A model generated the notes under the pieces. It was not told the DNA's origin. It ran no database searches and saw nothing but the letters and a program-made list of their open reading frames with translations. Shown piece by piece: positions 56,753 to 64,000 of a stretch of 64,000 nucleotides of DNA. The stretch is from Drouetiella sp. Its GTDB lineage: Bacteria > Cyanobacteriota > Vampirovibrionia > Obscuribacterales > Obscuribacteraceae. Position numbers and translations under genes: made by a program. Position 1 is the first letter of the stretch. Each line of letters opens with the position of its first letter. The stretch lies in contig DATNPZ010000001.1 in NCBI GenBank assembly GCA_036702965.1, forward strand, positions 70,313 through 134,312. Direction: 5' to 3'.

Positions 56753-56868
56753 CCCCTCGGACATGACGCCCCTCGGACATACGGACGGTCCCTCTGATAC
56801 ACGGTCCCTCTGATACACAGTCCCTCGGACACATAATCCCTCGAATACACAGTCCCTCGGGCACACAA
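56753..56868. repeat. Intergenic tandem array, 16 bp unit (one 20-bp copy), 7 copies
   Basis: The copies read CCCCTCGGACATGACG, CCCCTCGGACATACGGACGG, TCCCTCTGATACACGG, TCCCTCTGATACACAG, TCCCTCGGACACATAA, TCCCTCGAATACACAG, TCCCTCGGGCACACAA. Confidence 0.85.
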
Positions 56869-57108
56869 TCAATGGACCCCACGAAGCGAAAAGCCCTCGC
56901 GCTTCCGCACCCCCGACATCAGAAACAACAACCCGAGAGCGTCGCTTGCTTATAGAAGCCCACCAGTGGACGTTTTCCAGCCTTTACAATTCCTTTGCAA
57001 AAAAACCTCCAAAAAACATAAGTGCTTTACGCGGTTGCGATTAGATAAATAGTGTCAGCAGTTGGACTGTTGATTCATAAAACAAAGCGACGTTAAACCG
57101 GAGCTGAA

Positions 57109-57258
57109 ATGTACAAAGAGGAGCACACTGAACAAAAAGGCAAAAAGCCAGTTGAGGCATTCAAAATTGCACTGATTGTTCTGGTCCTAGTTCTCCTGAT
57201 TTTAATTGCAGTTTCGGTAGCGACTGTCACCTCGACCAACCATCCAGGAGTTTTGTGA
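57109..57258 (+). CDS. Small single-pass membrane protein (49 aa; below ORF-track cutoff)
   Basis: My own translation gives MYKEEHTEQKGKKPVEAFKIALIVLVLVLLILIAVSVATVTSTNHPGVL. GGAG lies 5 nt upstream of the ATG. Confidence 0.4.
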   Translation: MYKEEHTEQKGKKPVEAFKIALIVLVLVLLILIAVSVATVTSTNHPGVL

Positions 57259-57329
57259 TTTAGGATTCAACTGCTAAGTCTTTCCGTGAAATATTCACAT
57301 TAATCGACGCAATAAATGGAGTTCAACAA

Positions 57330-57986
57330 ATGAAATTATTTAACGCACTATTAGCCAACGTTCTTTTGGCCGGCGGTCTATTGGCAGTTCCTGCACTTGC
57401 GGCCGACAAAACTGACACCATTTCCAGTGGCACTCGCACAGACGTAATCGCTGAAGGTCCTGGCGGCGGAGAAGGTCATGGAGACTGGCACAAACCACAC
57501 TTCACCGATGACCAATTGATTCAGATGGCTGCTTTGAAAGATAAATACTTCTCGTCAACTGCATCCCAGAAGACTCAATTAATGAGTTTGCATCGCCAGT
57601 TACGTGGTGCTCTCGCAAAATCTGACATCAATCGCAGCGAAGTACTCTCGCTCCAAAGTCAAATGAACACTATCCACGATGACCTGGCAAACAAGAAGAT
57701 GAATGAAAAACTCGACTTCATCGCACTTCTAACACCAGAACAGAAAGAGCACTTCCGTCACCACATGCTTGTAGCTAACGCATTCGGCGGACACAAGATG
57801 GGACATCATGGCGGTGGATGCGGCGGCGGCGGCGGAATGCGCGGCGGTCACCACCACCACCACAAAATGGGTCAAGGTGGACCTGGCGTTGAACAGCCAA
57901 GAGTTGGATTCGAAGGAGACGGTCCTGGACCAGTAGCCTTTGATGGACCAGGTCAAATGGGTCCAGAAGCGCCAGACGCAGAATAA
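57330..57986 (+). CDS. Spy/CpxP/ZraP-family periplasmic protein with Gly/His-rich tail
   Basis: It has a signal peptide (LLAGGLLAVPALAADK), LTPEQKEHFRHH (an LTxxQ-type motif) and a tail GHHGGGCGGGGGMRGGHHHHHKMGQGGPG. Confidence 0.65.
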   Translation: MKLFNALLANVLLAGGLLAVPALAADKTDTISSGTRTDVIAEGPGGGEGHGDWHKPHFTDDQLIQMAALKDKYFSSTASQKTQLMSLHRQLRGALAKSDINRSEVLSLQSQMNTIHDDLANKKMNEKLDFIALLTPEQKEHFRHHMLVANAFGGHKMGHHGGGCGGGGGMRGGHHHHHKMGQGGPGVEQPRVGFEGDGPGPVAFDGPGQMGPEAPDAE

Positions 57987-58007
57987 AACTCTGAGTTTCC
58001 CACAAGC

Positions 58008-58044
58008 AAGAAGCCGAGCCTTTAGTGCTCGGCTTCTTCGCTTT
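58008..58044 (+). terminator. Rho-independent terminator
   Basis: AAGAAGCCGAGC, a 7-nt loop, then GCTCGGCTTCTT, followed by CGCTTT. Confidence 0.75.
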
Positions 58045-58155
58045 AATCCAAAAGTTTTAATTGCAAGCTAGCCACCTCGAGCAAAAAGTGTGCGAAATTA
58101 TTCAGTTGAATTTGCATAATCACATTAGAAACTCGTACGTAACAGGAACCCAGCT

Positions 58156-58728
58156 ATGCAGCGCTTTCTCAAGATGCTAACCATCATCGCAATGTGCTCG
58201 TCCATCCAACCGGCATTTAGTGCGAAATCTGACAAAGACATGATTGCCACTTTCAAAAGCTCCAAAAAGTTTGCATATCTTTCAGACTCATTGGCTCGCA
58301 TCGACAAAACAAAATTGCTGAGAGGTCCGGGTCCATTCACATTCTTCGTTCCAGAAAACGACGCGTTTGATGATCTCGAATATGGAAAGTGGGTCGAGGT
58401 TTGGAACAACAAACCCCTACTCAACAAAATCCTAATGCGCGGATTGGTGAAGGGTCGATTCGACAAAAAAAGCTTCGAAGACGGAAGCAGCTTGAGCACT
58501 GCAAACGGTGGCATGCTGAAAATCGAAAAACGCGATGGTCGCCTCTGGATCGGGAACTCACGCATAGTCGATACAGACATCGAATGCTCCAACGGGATCG
58601 TGCATGTCTTGTCGAAATTCTTAAGCAAAGACACGGATCCGAAAAACGCTGCGGACTTCACACGACATTCAAAATTACTGCACCCGGTTAGCCAGTCACG
58701 TAAATCCAATCCAGCTACGCAGAAATAA
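58156..58728 (+). CDS. Fasciclin (FAS1) domain protein, secreted
   Basis: Signal peptide plus GPGPFTFFVPENDAF...NGIVHVLSKFL, which match the FAS1 H1/H2 motifs. Confidence 0.85.
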   Translation: MQRFLKMLTIIAMCSSIQPAFSAKSDKDMIATFKSSKKFAYLSDSLARIDKTKLLRGPGPFTFFVPENDAFDDLEYGKWVEVWNNKPLLNKILMRGLVKGRFDKKSFEDGSSLSTANGGMLKIEKRDGRLWIGNSRIVDTDIECSNGIVHVLSKFLSKDTDPKNAADFTRHSKLLHPVSQSRKSNPATQK

Positions 58729-59077
58729 AAGTAAATGCAGCACACAGTGAGGATGACTTCAGTCGACATGCGATGAGTTTTCTATCGTCGCTACGGACAG
58801 TCTTTAACAGACAACTAGTAACGTTTTTCTGACACTAATTTGAGCGCATCGCACAAAATCCGATCAAAAAATTAGTTATCGATGTGCGTTTAACCTTTCT
58901 GGGCATGCAACTTTCGAGATTTTATCTACTCTATCAATCTCAATTTTTTCTGTTCCAAGAAGGTCAACTGGTGGCTCTCTTGAACACGGTGAGTGAGCAC
59001 CACATTTGATGCCTGACGCGCGCAAAGCCGAATTTCGTAGTCTAACAACATAGCAAAAAGCTGAGTTAAGGAGCATA

Positions 59078-59362
59078 GTGAGAGCAAGCAGCTGTTTTTT
59101 TCTTGTTATCACGGGTTACCATCGGATGCCTAGAGTCATAGGTTCACTAGTAGTGAGCCAAAAAGATACAGCAGCTAAATTCGTCCTCCATGAGCCCACA
59201 ACCACAGAATTGCCCTGGCAGAAACTGCGCGACAGGGAGCTTATCCGCGCATTCCTCGAGAAATTCTCACCGGCGTGCAGCGTGCAAACCGAAGGAATGA
59301 CGATCTACTCGGTCGATTGTGATGCGGCCGAATTAGAAGCTTGGTTTAAGAATCTTCCGTAA
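59078..59362 (+). CDS. Hypothetical protein
   Basis: 94-aa ORF with a GTG start preceded by AAGGAG 5 nt upstream. No motif was recognised. Confidence 0.4.
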   Translation: MRASSCFFLVITGYHRMPRVIGSLVVSQKDTAAKFVLHEPTTTELPWQKLRDRELIRAFLEKFSPACSVQTEGMTIYSVDCDAAELEAWFKNLP

Positions 59363-59377
59363 GAAGACAATCAATTG

Positions 59378-59557
59378 TCACTGTTTCGCGTCGCGAACAT
59401 AAGTCAATGGTTTGGCATCGCGAACATAAGTCATGGTTTGGCATCACGAACATAAGTCACGGTTTGGCATCACGAACATTCACGGTTTGGCATCACGAAG
59501 ATAAGTCATGGTTTGGCATCGCGAAGATAAGTCATGGTTTGGCATCGCGAACATAAA
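59378..59557. repeat. Tandem array, 23-27 bp unit, 7 copies, seeded from the 3' coding end plus stop of the GT-C gene
   Basis: Units start with TCA (TGA on the minus strand) at 59378, 59404, 59431, 59457, 59480, 59506 and 59532. The last unit, TCATGGTTTGGCATCGCGAACATAAA, encodes YVRDAKP plus stop. Confidence 0.9.
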
Positions 59558-61202
59558 CGCGATACTTCCACGGAACGACGTCAGGAGATTCGGAAAACGA
59601 ATCTACTTCACGGAATCCAGATAACAACCGCTGGGAAAAATTTGACTGCGCGCGACAGGAATCCAACTCTTTCGACTCTTGCTTGAGAAAAATGATCCGC
59701 GGCTGGCGAGCACTCGCGTCGTCCAAAATCTTTCCGATCTCCTCGCCAACACGTTCATGAAATTTGGCAGCACTCGTAGAATTATTGCTGGAGATCGCCT
59801 GAAACTCGGCGAGTTTGTTGATACCCATCAAGAATGGAAAAGGGTATCGACTGCCCAACTGCACACCGTACTGTAAAATCGCCGGGTACTCGGGCAGCAG
59901 AATCTCACTGATCATAAGCTCTCTATCGCCCGGTTTAACCTCTCGCATTAAAGTGGCAAGCATTGGACTGACTTTTGCTTTTTCATCGAGTGCCTCTTTC
60001 AAGCGAGCGCTCAGCGCACGACCCGCTGTCGGTTCTTCTAAACTAAAAGCATTAATTGCTGGCAAAATTTTTGCACTGTCCATCCCAAAGAATCCCAGAC
60101 CAGCTACCGCCAGAGTGACCATCACCAATTTCTCGTAAAAGCCTTCGGACGTTCCGGACTGCTTCAACTTGAACCCCGCGCCACGGATTAGCGCGGCGAC
60201 GACAATGCCAGCAAGCATGAGAATGCCTAGCCACATCGGGATCTTGTAGTAGTCCCACCACTTCCGCTGAATCACCACACTCAAGTATCCAGCAATCGTG
60301 AATACAATTAGTGGCGGGATGATGGGATGTTTTTTCCGCAAAAAGGACGCAGTCAAAACACTGCCTAAAAAGGCTACGAATATCTGAGGCCAGTATCTTC
60401 CGCCCAGAACCAAACTGAGTAACCAGCTACATCCATAGAAATTTTGGAAAAGCGGATATTCAACAATGATTTGTTTGAATGCGTCCCGCATCGCATGTGG
60501 TACCAGTAAAAAATGCACCGGATACGACACCAACGCAATCAAGCAAGTGATTGTTTCTGGAGTGAAAAGCGTGCGCCACTTTCTGAACCTGAACAACCAG
60601 TAGAGTTCGCACAGAATCGGCATCGTCAGAAACTGAGGTTTTAAACACAATCCGATCGCTGCAAACAATCCAGCGATGATTGCAATGGTGCGATTTGGTG
60701 TTTGTCCTTCCCATCGAGACCAGCGCACAAAGAAGAACGGTAAGTAAGAGAGTAAGAAAATATGTTCCCGCTGACCAAATTCGCGGCCGATGACAGAACC
60801 CGTGCAGGCAATCACCGCCAGAACACAAGCCAGATACAGCCATTTCTCGTCGTCTAAAAATCTTCGTTTAACCGTTGCCAGGATCAGACAAAAGGAGAAG
60901 ATGGCAAACAATTCAATCACAAACTTGAAGATGACAATTATGTGCACGTTGATCAGGTGAGCGACAAATGCCGGAATGACACTCAAGTAGATGATCAGTG
61001 GTGGATTGATGTCCACAAAGTCCACATACGGAACGCCTCCGTTCAACAACATTTGCGCGAAATGCAAATACATCGAAGGGTCCCAGTTCAACTGCAAAGG
61101 ATCAGCAAGTTGCACAACGGTGGAATGCGCGAAACAAAAAACATAGACAGCGATCAAACACAAAAATGCGCTGCGACTGATCGTGTTCTGAGGAGTGTTC
61201 AT
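59532..61202 (-). CDS. Polytopic membrane glycosyltransferase, GT-C fold (GT39/83/87-like)
   Basis: 556 aa with about 12 TM helices. An N-terminal loop GGVPYVDFVDINPPL resembles the acidic first-loop motif of polyprenyl-phosphate-sugar dependent transferases. There is a soluble C-terminal domain. Confidence 0.5.
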   Translation of the reverse strand: MNTPQNTISRSAFLCLIAVYVFCFAHSTVVQLADPLQLNWDPSMYLHFAQMLLNGGVPYVDFVDINPPLIIYLSVIPAFVAHLINVHIIVIFKFVIELFAIFSFCLILATVKRRFLDDEKWLYLACVLAVIACTGSVIGREFGQREHIFLLSYLPFFFVRWSRWEGQTPNRTIAIIAGLFAAIGLCLKPQFLTMPILCELYWLFRFRKWRTLFTPETITCLIALVSYPVHFLLVPHAMRDAFKQIIVEYPLFQNFYGCSWLLSLVLGGRYWPQIFVAFLGSVLTASFLRKKHPIIPPLIVFTIAGYLSVVIQRKWWDYYKIPMWLGILMLAGIVVAALIRGAGFKLKQSGTSEGFYEKLVMVTLAVAGLGFFGMDSAKILPAINAFSLEEPTAGRALSARLKEALDEKAKVSPMLATLMREVKPGDRELMISEILLPEYPAILQYGVQLGSRYPFPFLMGINKLAEFQAISSNNSTSAAKFHERVGEEIGKILDDASARQPRIIFLKQESKELDSCRAQSNFSQRLLSGFREVDSFSESPDVVPWKYRVYVRDAKP

Positions 61203-61314
61203 TTAGGCACTAATCCGGCGAATTGCAAGGTCAATTCCGGAACTGTGATAACATGCATGTTACGACTTTTGCCCATGTATTTTACCAGAGAGCTTTGCGC
61301 GGAAAGACTACTGA

Positions 61315-62349
61315 ATGAAGCATTTAGTAACCGGTGGTAGTGGTTACCTTGGTAATCTGATTGCGCGCAGATTTGCGGCACGTGGCGATCAAGTCATAGC
61401 ACTTGATTTGTGGAAAGACGACTCGGTACCGGCAGGCATTCAATTCGTTCACGGAGACGTGACGGACCGCGACATGGTGCGACAGGTGATGCAAGGTGTA
61501 GACATCGTGCACCACACTGCCGCGCTTGTACCACTGACAAAATCCGGCGGAAAATTCGATCATGTCAATGCCGAGGGCAGTCGCATAGTAGCTGAAGAGG
61601 CAGCGGCGGCGAAGGTCGAAGCATTTATCCACCTCAGCTCCTCCGCGATTTTTGGCACACCCGATTGCCCTGCCGATAACTCCAGTCCACTCGGTCCAAA
61701 AGAGATTTACGGCAAGAGCAAACTCGAAGGCGAACGTGCAGTTCAAGCAGTCGCTGAGAAGTCGGGCATGAAGCTGATTTCGGTTCGGCCGCGAACAATT
61801 ATCGGCAAGGAACGGCTGGGTATATTCCAAATTCTCTTTGATTGGATCAAAGACAACGCCAACATTTTTGTTATCGGCGACGGCTCTAACAAAATCCAAT
61901 TCGTCCACACAGATGATTTGATCGATGCCTACATGCTCGTCCACGATGTCGGAAAACCCGGTCTGTACAACATGGGAACCGATCGATTCGGCACGTTGAG
62001 AGATGACCTGGAAGCACTTTGCCGCCACGCCGGTTCGAACAGTCACGTGCGCTCGCTGCCAAAGGGGCTGACCATCTCCACGCTTTCACTACTCGATCAA
62101 TTGGGACTGAGCCCGCTCGCTCCCTGGCATTATCTGACGTACGGCGAACCGTTCTACTTCGACGTGAGCGAGCTGAAGCAACTGGGATGGCAACCCAAGT
62201 ACTCGAATTTGGAAATGCTGCAAGAATCTTACGACTCCTTCGTTGCGGGGCATGACGAGCTCATGAAACAGAAGGGCGGGTCGGCACATAGAAAACCTGT
62301 AAAGCAAAGCGTGCTGGCAGTCGCCAAGATAATGTCCAGATTGATATAA
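61315..62349 (+). CDS. NAD-dependent epimerase/dehydratase (extended SDR)
   Basis: The MKHLVTGGSGYLGNLI Rossmann motif and the YGKSK catalytic YxxxK are present. Confidence 0.88.
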   Translation: MKHLVTGGSGYLGNLIARRFAARGDQVIALDLWKDDSVPAGIQFVHGDVTDRDMVRQVMQGVDIVHHTAALVPLTKSGGKFDHVNAEGSRIVAEEAAAAKVEAFIHLSSSAIFGTPDCPADNSSPLGPKEIYGKSKLEGERAVQAVAEKSGMKLISVRPRTIIGKERLGIFQILFDWIKDNANIFVIGDGSNKIQFVHTDDLIDAYMLVHDVGKPGLYNMGTDRFGTLRDDLEALCRHAGSNSHVRSLPKGLTISTLSLLDQLGLSPLAPWHYLTYGEPFYFDVSELKQLGWQPKYSNLEMLQESYDSFVAGHDELMKQKGGSAHRKPVKQSVLAVAKIMSRLI

Positions 62350-62394
62350 GCGACCCAGGGTCGGGAAAAAAATACTGGGCGACCGCTTCGAGAC

Positions 62395-63918
62395 ATGAGC
62401 GAAACTAAAAGACCTACTACTTTTGTGCGCTGGCAAACTGCAACTTTGACCTGCGTTGTTGCTGCGTTGCTCGTCAAACTGGTTTTCTACAACTTTGATA
62501 CAAAACAGCTAGAAACGTTGAGTTCAACGAGTCATCTCGTGGAGTGGATGGCAATCGCGGTTTTCGTTTATATCGGGGGATTTATCCTCCGAGGCATGAG
62601 ATTGCGCTGGCTCATCGAACTTGATTGCCAATGTAATTTATTGACGGCGATGAACGTCATCATGATTGGACATGCACTGAATTGCATCGCTCCTTTCAGA
62701 CTTGGCGAGCCAGTTCAAGCGGGAGTGTTGAGTGAACGGACTGGATTGAGCTTTGTGCAGTCACTGAGTGTGGTGGCACTGCAACGATTGTTTGATCTGC
62801 TGGCGATCGTTGTTATTCTGCTGATTGCAACAAGCAGCATCCCCCTGCAGGGATTTATGGTGGAGTGGCGTGAGCGCAGTATCGAATTTTGTCTTATGTT
62901 CAGTGTGGCGGCGATCGCGATGGCGTCCGTACCGAGGTGGGCGCTGAACGTCACATCCATGCTCACTTACAAAGTAACACCTAGCGTACACAAGTATCTC
63001 ATTGTGGCACTACACGATATCCTGCGCGCATTGAGACCATTCAATTCTTTGAGCAAAACAACCAGGATTTTTGCGCTAAGCATAGCGGTTTGGTCCACAG
63101 AAGCTCTGTTCTTCGGATGTGTAATGGTGGCTCTGTCACTGCCATTTTCGCCAAGGGTCGCGGCCGCTGTTATGAGTTACACGAATTTGTCGATTGCATT
63201 TCCGACCGCTCCAGCATTTTCCGGACAATATCAACTTTCAAGCGTACATTCGCTACTCACTCTGTTTGCGACTTCACAACAGATCAATGTGGATGCGCTC
63301 ACTGCGAGCCATTTCGCCGCACTCGTTCACATCACTTTCTTAACTGTCACTTCTACATGGGGACTGACCGCACTAGCATCATATGTGGTGCGCAAAGGTA
63401 ACGTAGTTTTATCCAAACTTGAAACGCAACCACTGGTAATCAGCCCCGAAGAACCAATTGTGCCCCTGGAAGTTTTGGCTTCAACACAAGGTCCGGGGAA
63501 TCAGCTTTTCCAACCAGCACCATTCTGGTACGCGCTAGCTGAGAGCCTGGTCGGTGAGAATCATGTACAGATGGTCAATGCCGAGAGAACGGAGATCTTT
63601 GGAGAAACAGTTCGTTTCATGCTCGAAACGTTATCAGCCTTGCCAATGCTCCTGCGTTTGCAGCTATGGGTGGGGATAGCAGGCTTTCGATGCATTACAG
63701 GCGTAATGCACCTGCGCCGATTCACAGGAATGACACTCGAACAACGATGTGGAATCGTCAGAAATTGGGCGGAGGGTCCGATTCCAGTTTTCAGAAAATT
63801 GTTTCGCCCGCTAAGGAGCCTGGCGCTGCTTGGATTTTTCGAAAGTACCAAAGTGCAAGAAGCTTTACGCGAAAGCGTGAAGCGAGAAGCCATTTCCGAG
63901 ATTCCTCGCAATGGATGA
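62395..63918 (+). CDS. Flippase-like (LPG-synthase-TM family) membrane protein with extra C-terminal domain
   Basis: FILRGMRLRWLI...CIAPFRLGEPVQAGVL matches the RxxRW...P.RxGE pattern of the family. It has about 8 TM helices and then ~170 aa of unknown function. Confidence 0.55.
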   Translation: MSETKRPTTFVRWQTATLTCVVAALLVKLVFYNFDTKQLETLSSTSHLVEWMAIAVFVYIGGFILRGMRLRWLIELDCQCNLLTAMNVIMIGHALNCIAPFRLGEPVQAGVLSERTGLSFVQSLSVVALQRLFDLLAIVVILLIATSSIPLQGFMVEWRERSIEFCLMFSVAAIAMASVPRWALNVTSMLTYKVTPSVHKYLIVALHDILRALRPFNSLSKTTRIFALSIAVWSTEALFFGCVMVALSLPFSPRVAAAVMSYTNLSIAFPTAPAFSGQYQLSSVHSLLTLFATSQQINVDALTASHFAALVHITFLTVTSTWGLTALASYVVRKGNVVLSKLETQPLVISPEEPIVPLEVLASTQGPGNQLFQPAPFWYALAESLVGENHVQMVNAERTEIFGETVRFMLETLSALPMLLRLQLWVGIAGFRCITGVMHLRRFTGMTLEQRCGIVRNWAEGPIPVFRKLFRPLRSLALLGFFESTKVQEALRESVKREAISEIPRNG

Positions 63919-64000
63919 AACAACTACTAAACCGATATCGGCTCAAGTACTAATCATTGGATCGGGTGCCGGCGGAGCCACTACAGCAGCGATTCTAGCT
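63911..64000 (+). CDS. FAD/NAD(P)-binding oxidoreductase, N-terminal fragment (continues beyond window)
   Basis: My own translation gives MDETTTKPISAQVLIIGSGAGGATTAAILA, a GxGxxG dinucleotide-binding motif. The ATG overlaps the upstream stop (ATGGATGA). Confidence 0.55.
   Translation, partial: MDETTTKPISAQVLIIGSGAGGATTAAILA

Noticed and set aside
56300-56882. ORFs 56300..56728 (+) and 56642..56872, 56650..56868, 56676..56882 (-)
   Set aside because: They are composed entirely of tandem-repeat translation, with no RBS and no domain. They are mutually overlapping in several frames.
58125-58769. 214-aa minus-strand ORF overlapping the fasciclin gene
   Set aside because: The plus-strand ORF has a signal peptide and clear FAS1 motifs. 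The minus-strand product has no recognisable features.
58876-59112. 78-aa minus-strand ORF
   Set aside because: It has no RBS or motif. It overlaps head-on the start of the 59078..59362 ORF, which has an AAGGAG RBS. The support is too weak to report.

Overview
This is a 64-kb chromosomal segment of an aerobic, diderm bacterium (Lnt is present). It has moderate GC and is densely coding, with about 60 genes on both strands. Recognisable core genes are an SbcD/SbcC-like nuclease pair at the window start, thiolase, gap-pgk, Nfu, a YcaC-like isochorismatase, inorganic pyrophosphatase, an aldo-keto reductase, a crotonase, lnt, ruvC, tRNA-Gln(CUG), an OmpR/histidine-kinase pair, an MFS pump, a CzcD-type CDF exporter and an HtrA protease. 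There is also an eight-gene minus-strand respiratory operon: heme O synthase, caa3-type cytochrome c oxidase II-I-III, CtaG, a small membrane protein, a Rieske protein, and cytochrome b fused to a c-type haem domain. Interspersed are many secreted, repeat-rich or low-complexity proteins: a HEAT-like repeat protein, two TPR-metzincin paralogues (one with a Q/N-rich 12-aa repeat), a His/Ser/Tyr-rich protein, a tail-anchored 4x zinc-ribbon protein and a VIT-vWA protein. I see no CRISPR array, prophage, intact IS or recognisable defence system. The most unusual signals are at the DNA level. (1) At least five tandem-repeat arrays are seeded from the last ~14-65 nt of a coding sequence, including its stop codon, and extend downstream of that gene. 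(2) A conserved ~24-bp palindrome (AAATTAAGnGATATCnCTTAATTT) occurs at 8 intergenic sites plus one intragenic site, and two copies bracket an IS1595-transposase-derived gene that lacks a DDE domain. (3) A ~900-bp gene-free region holds two further direct-repeat arrays. All functional calls rest on motifs I read in the supplied translations and on my own translation of unlisted frames. No database search was possible.
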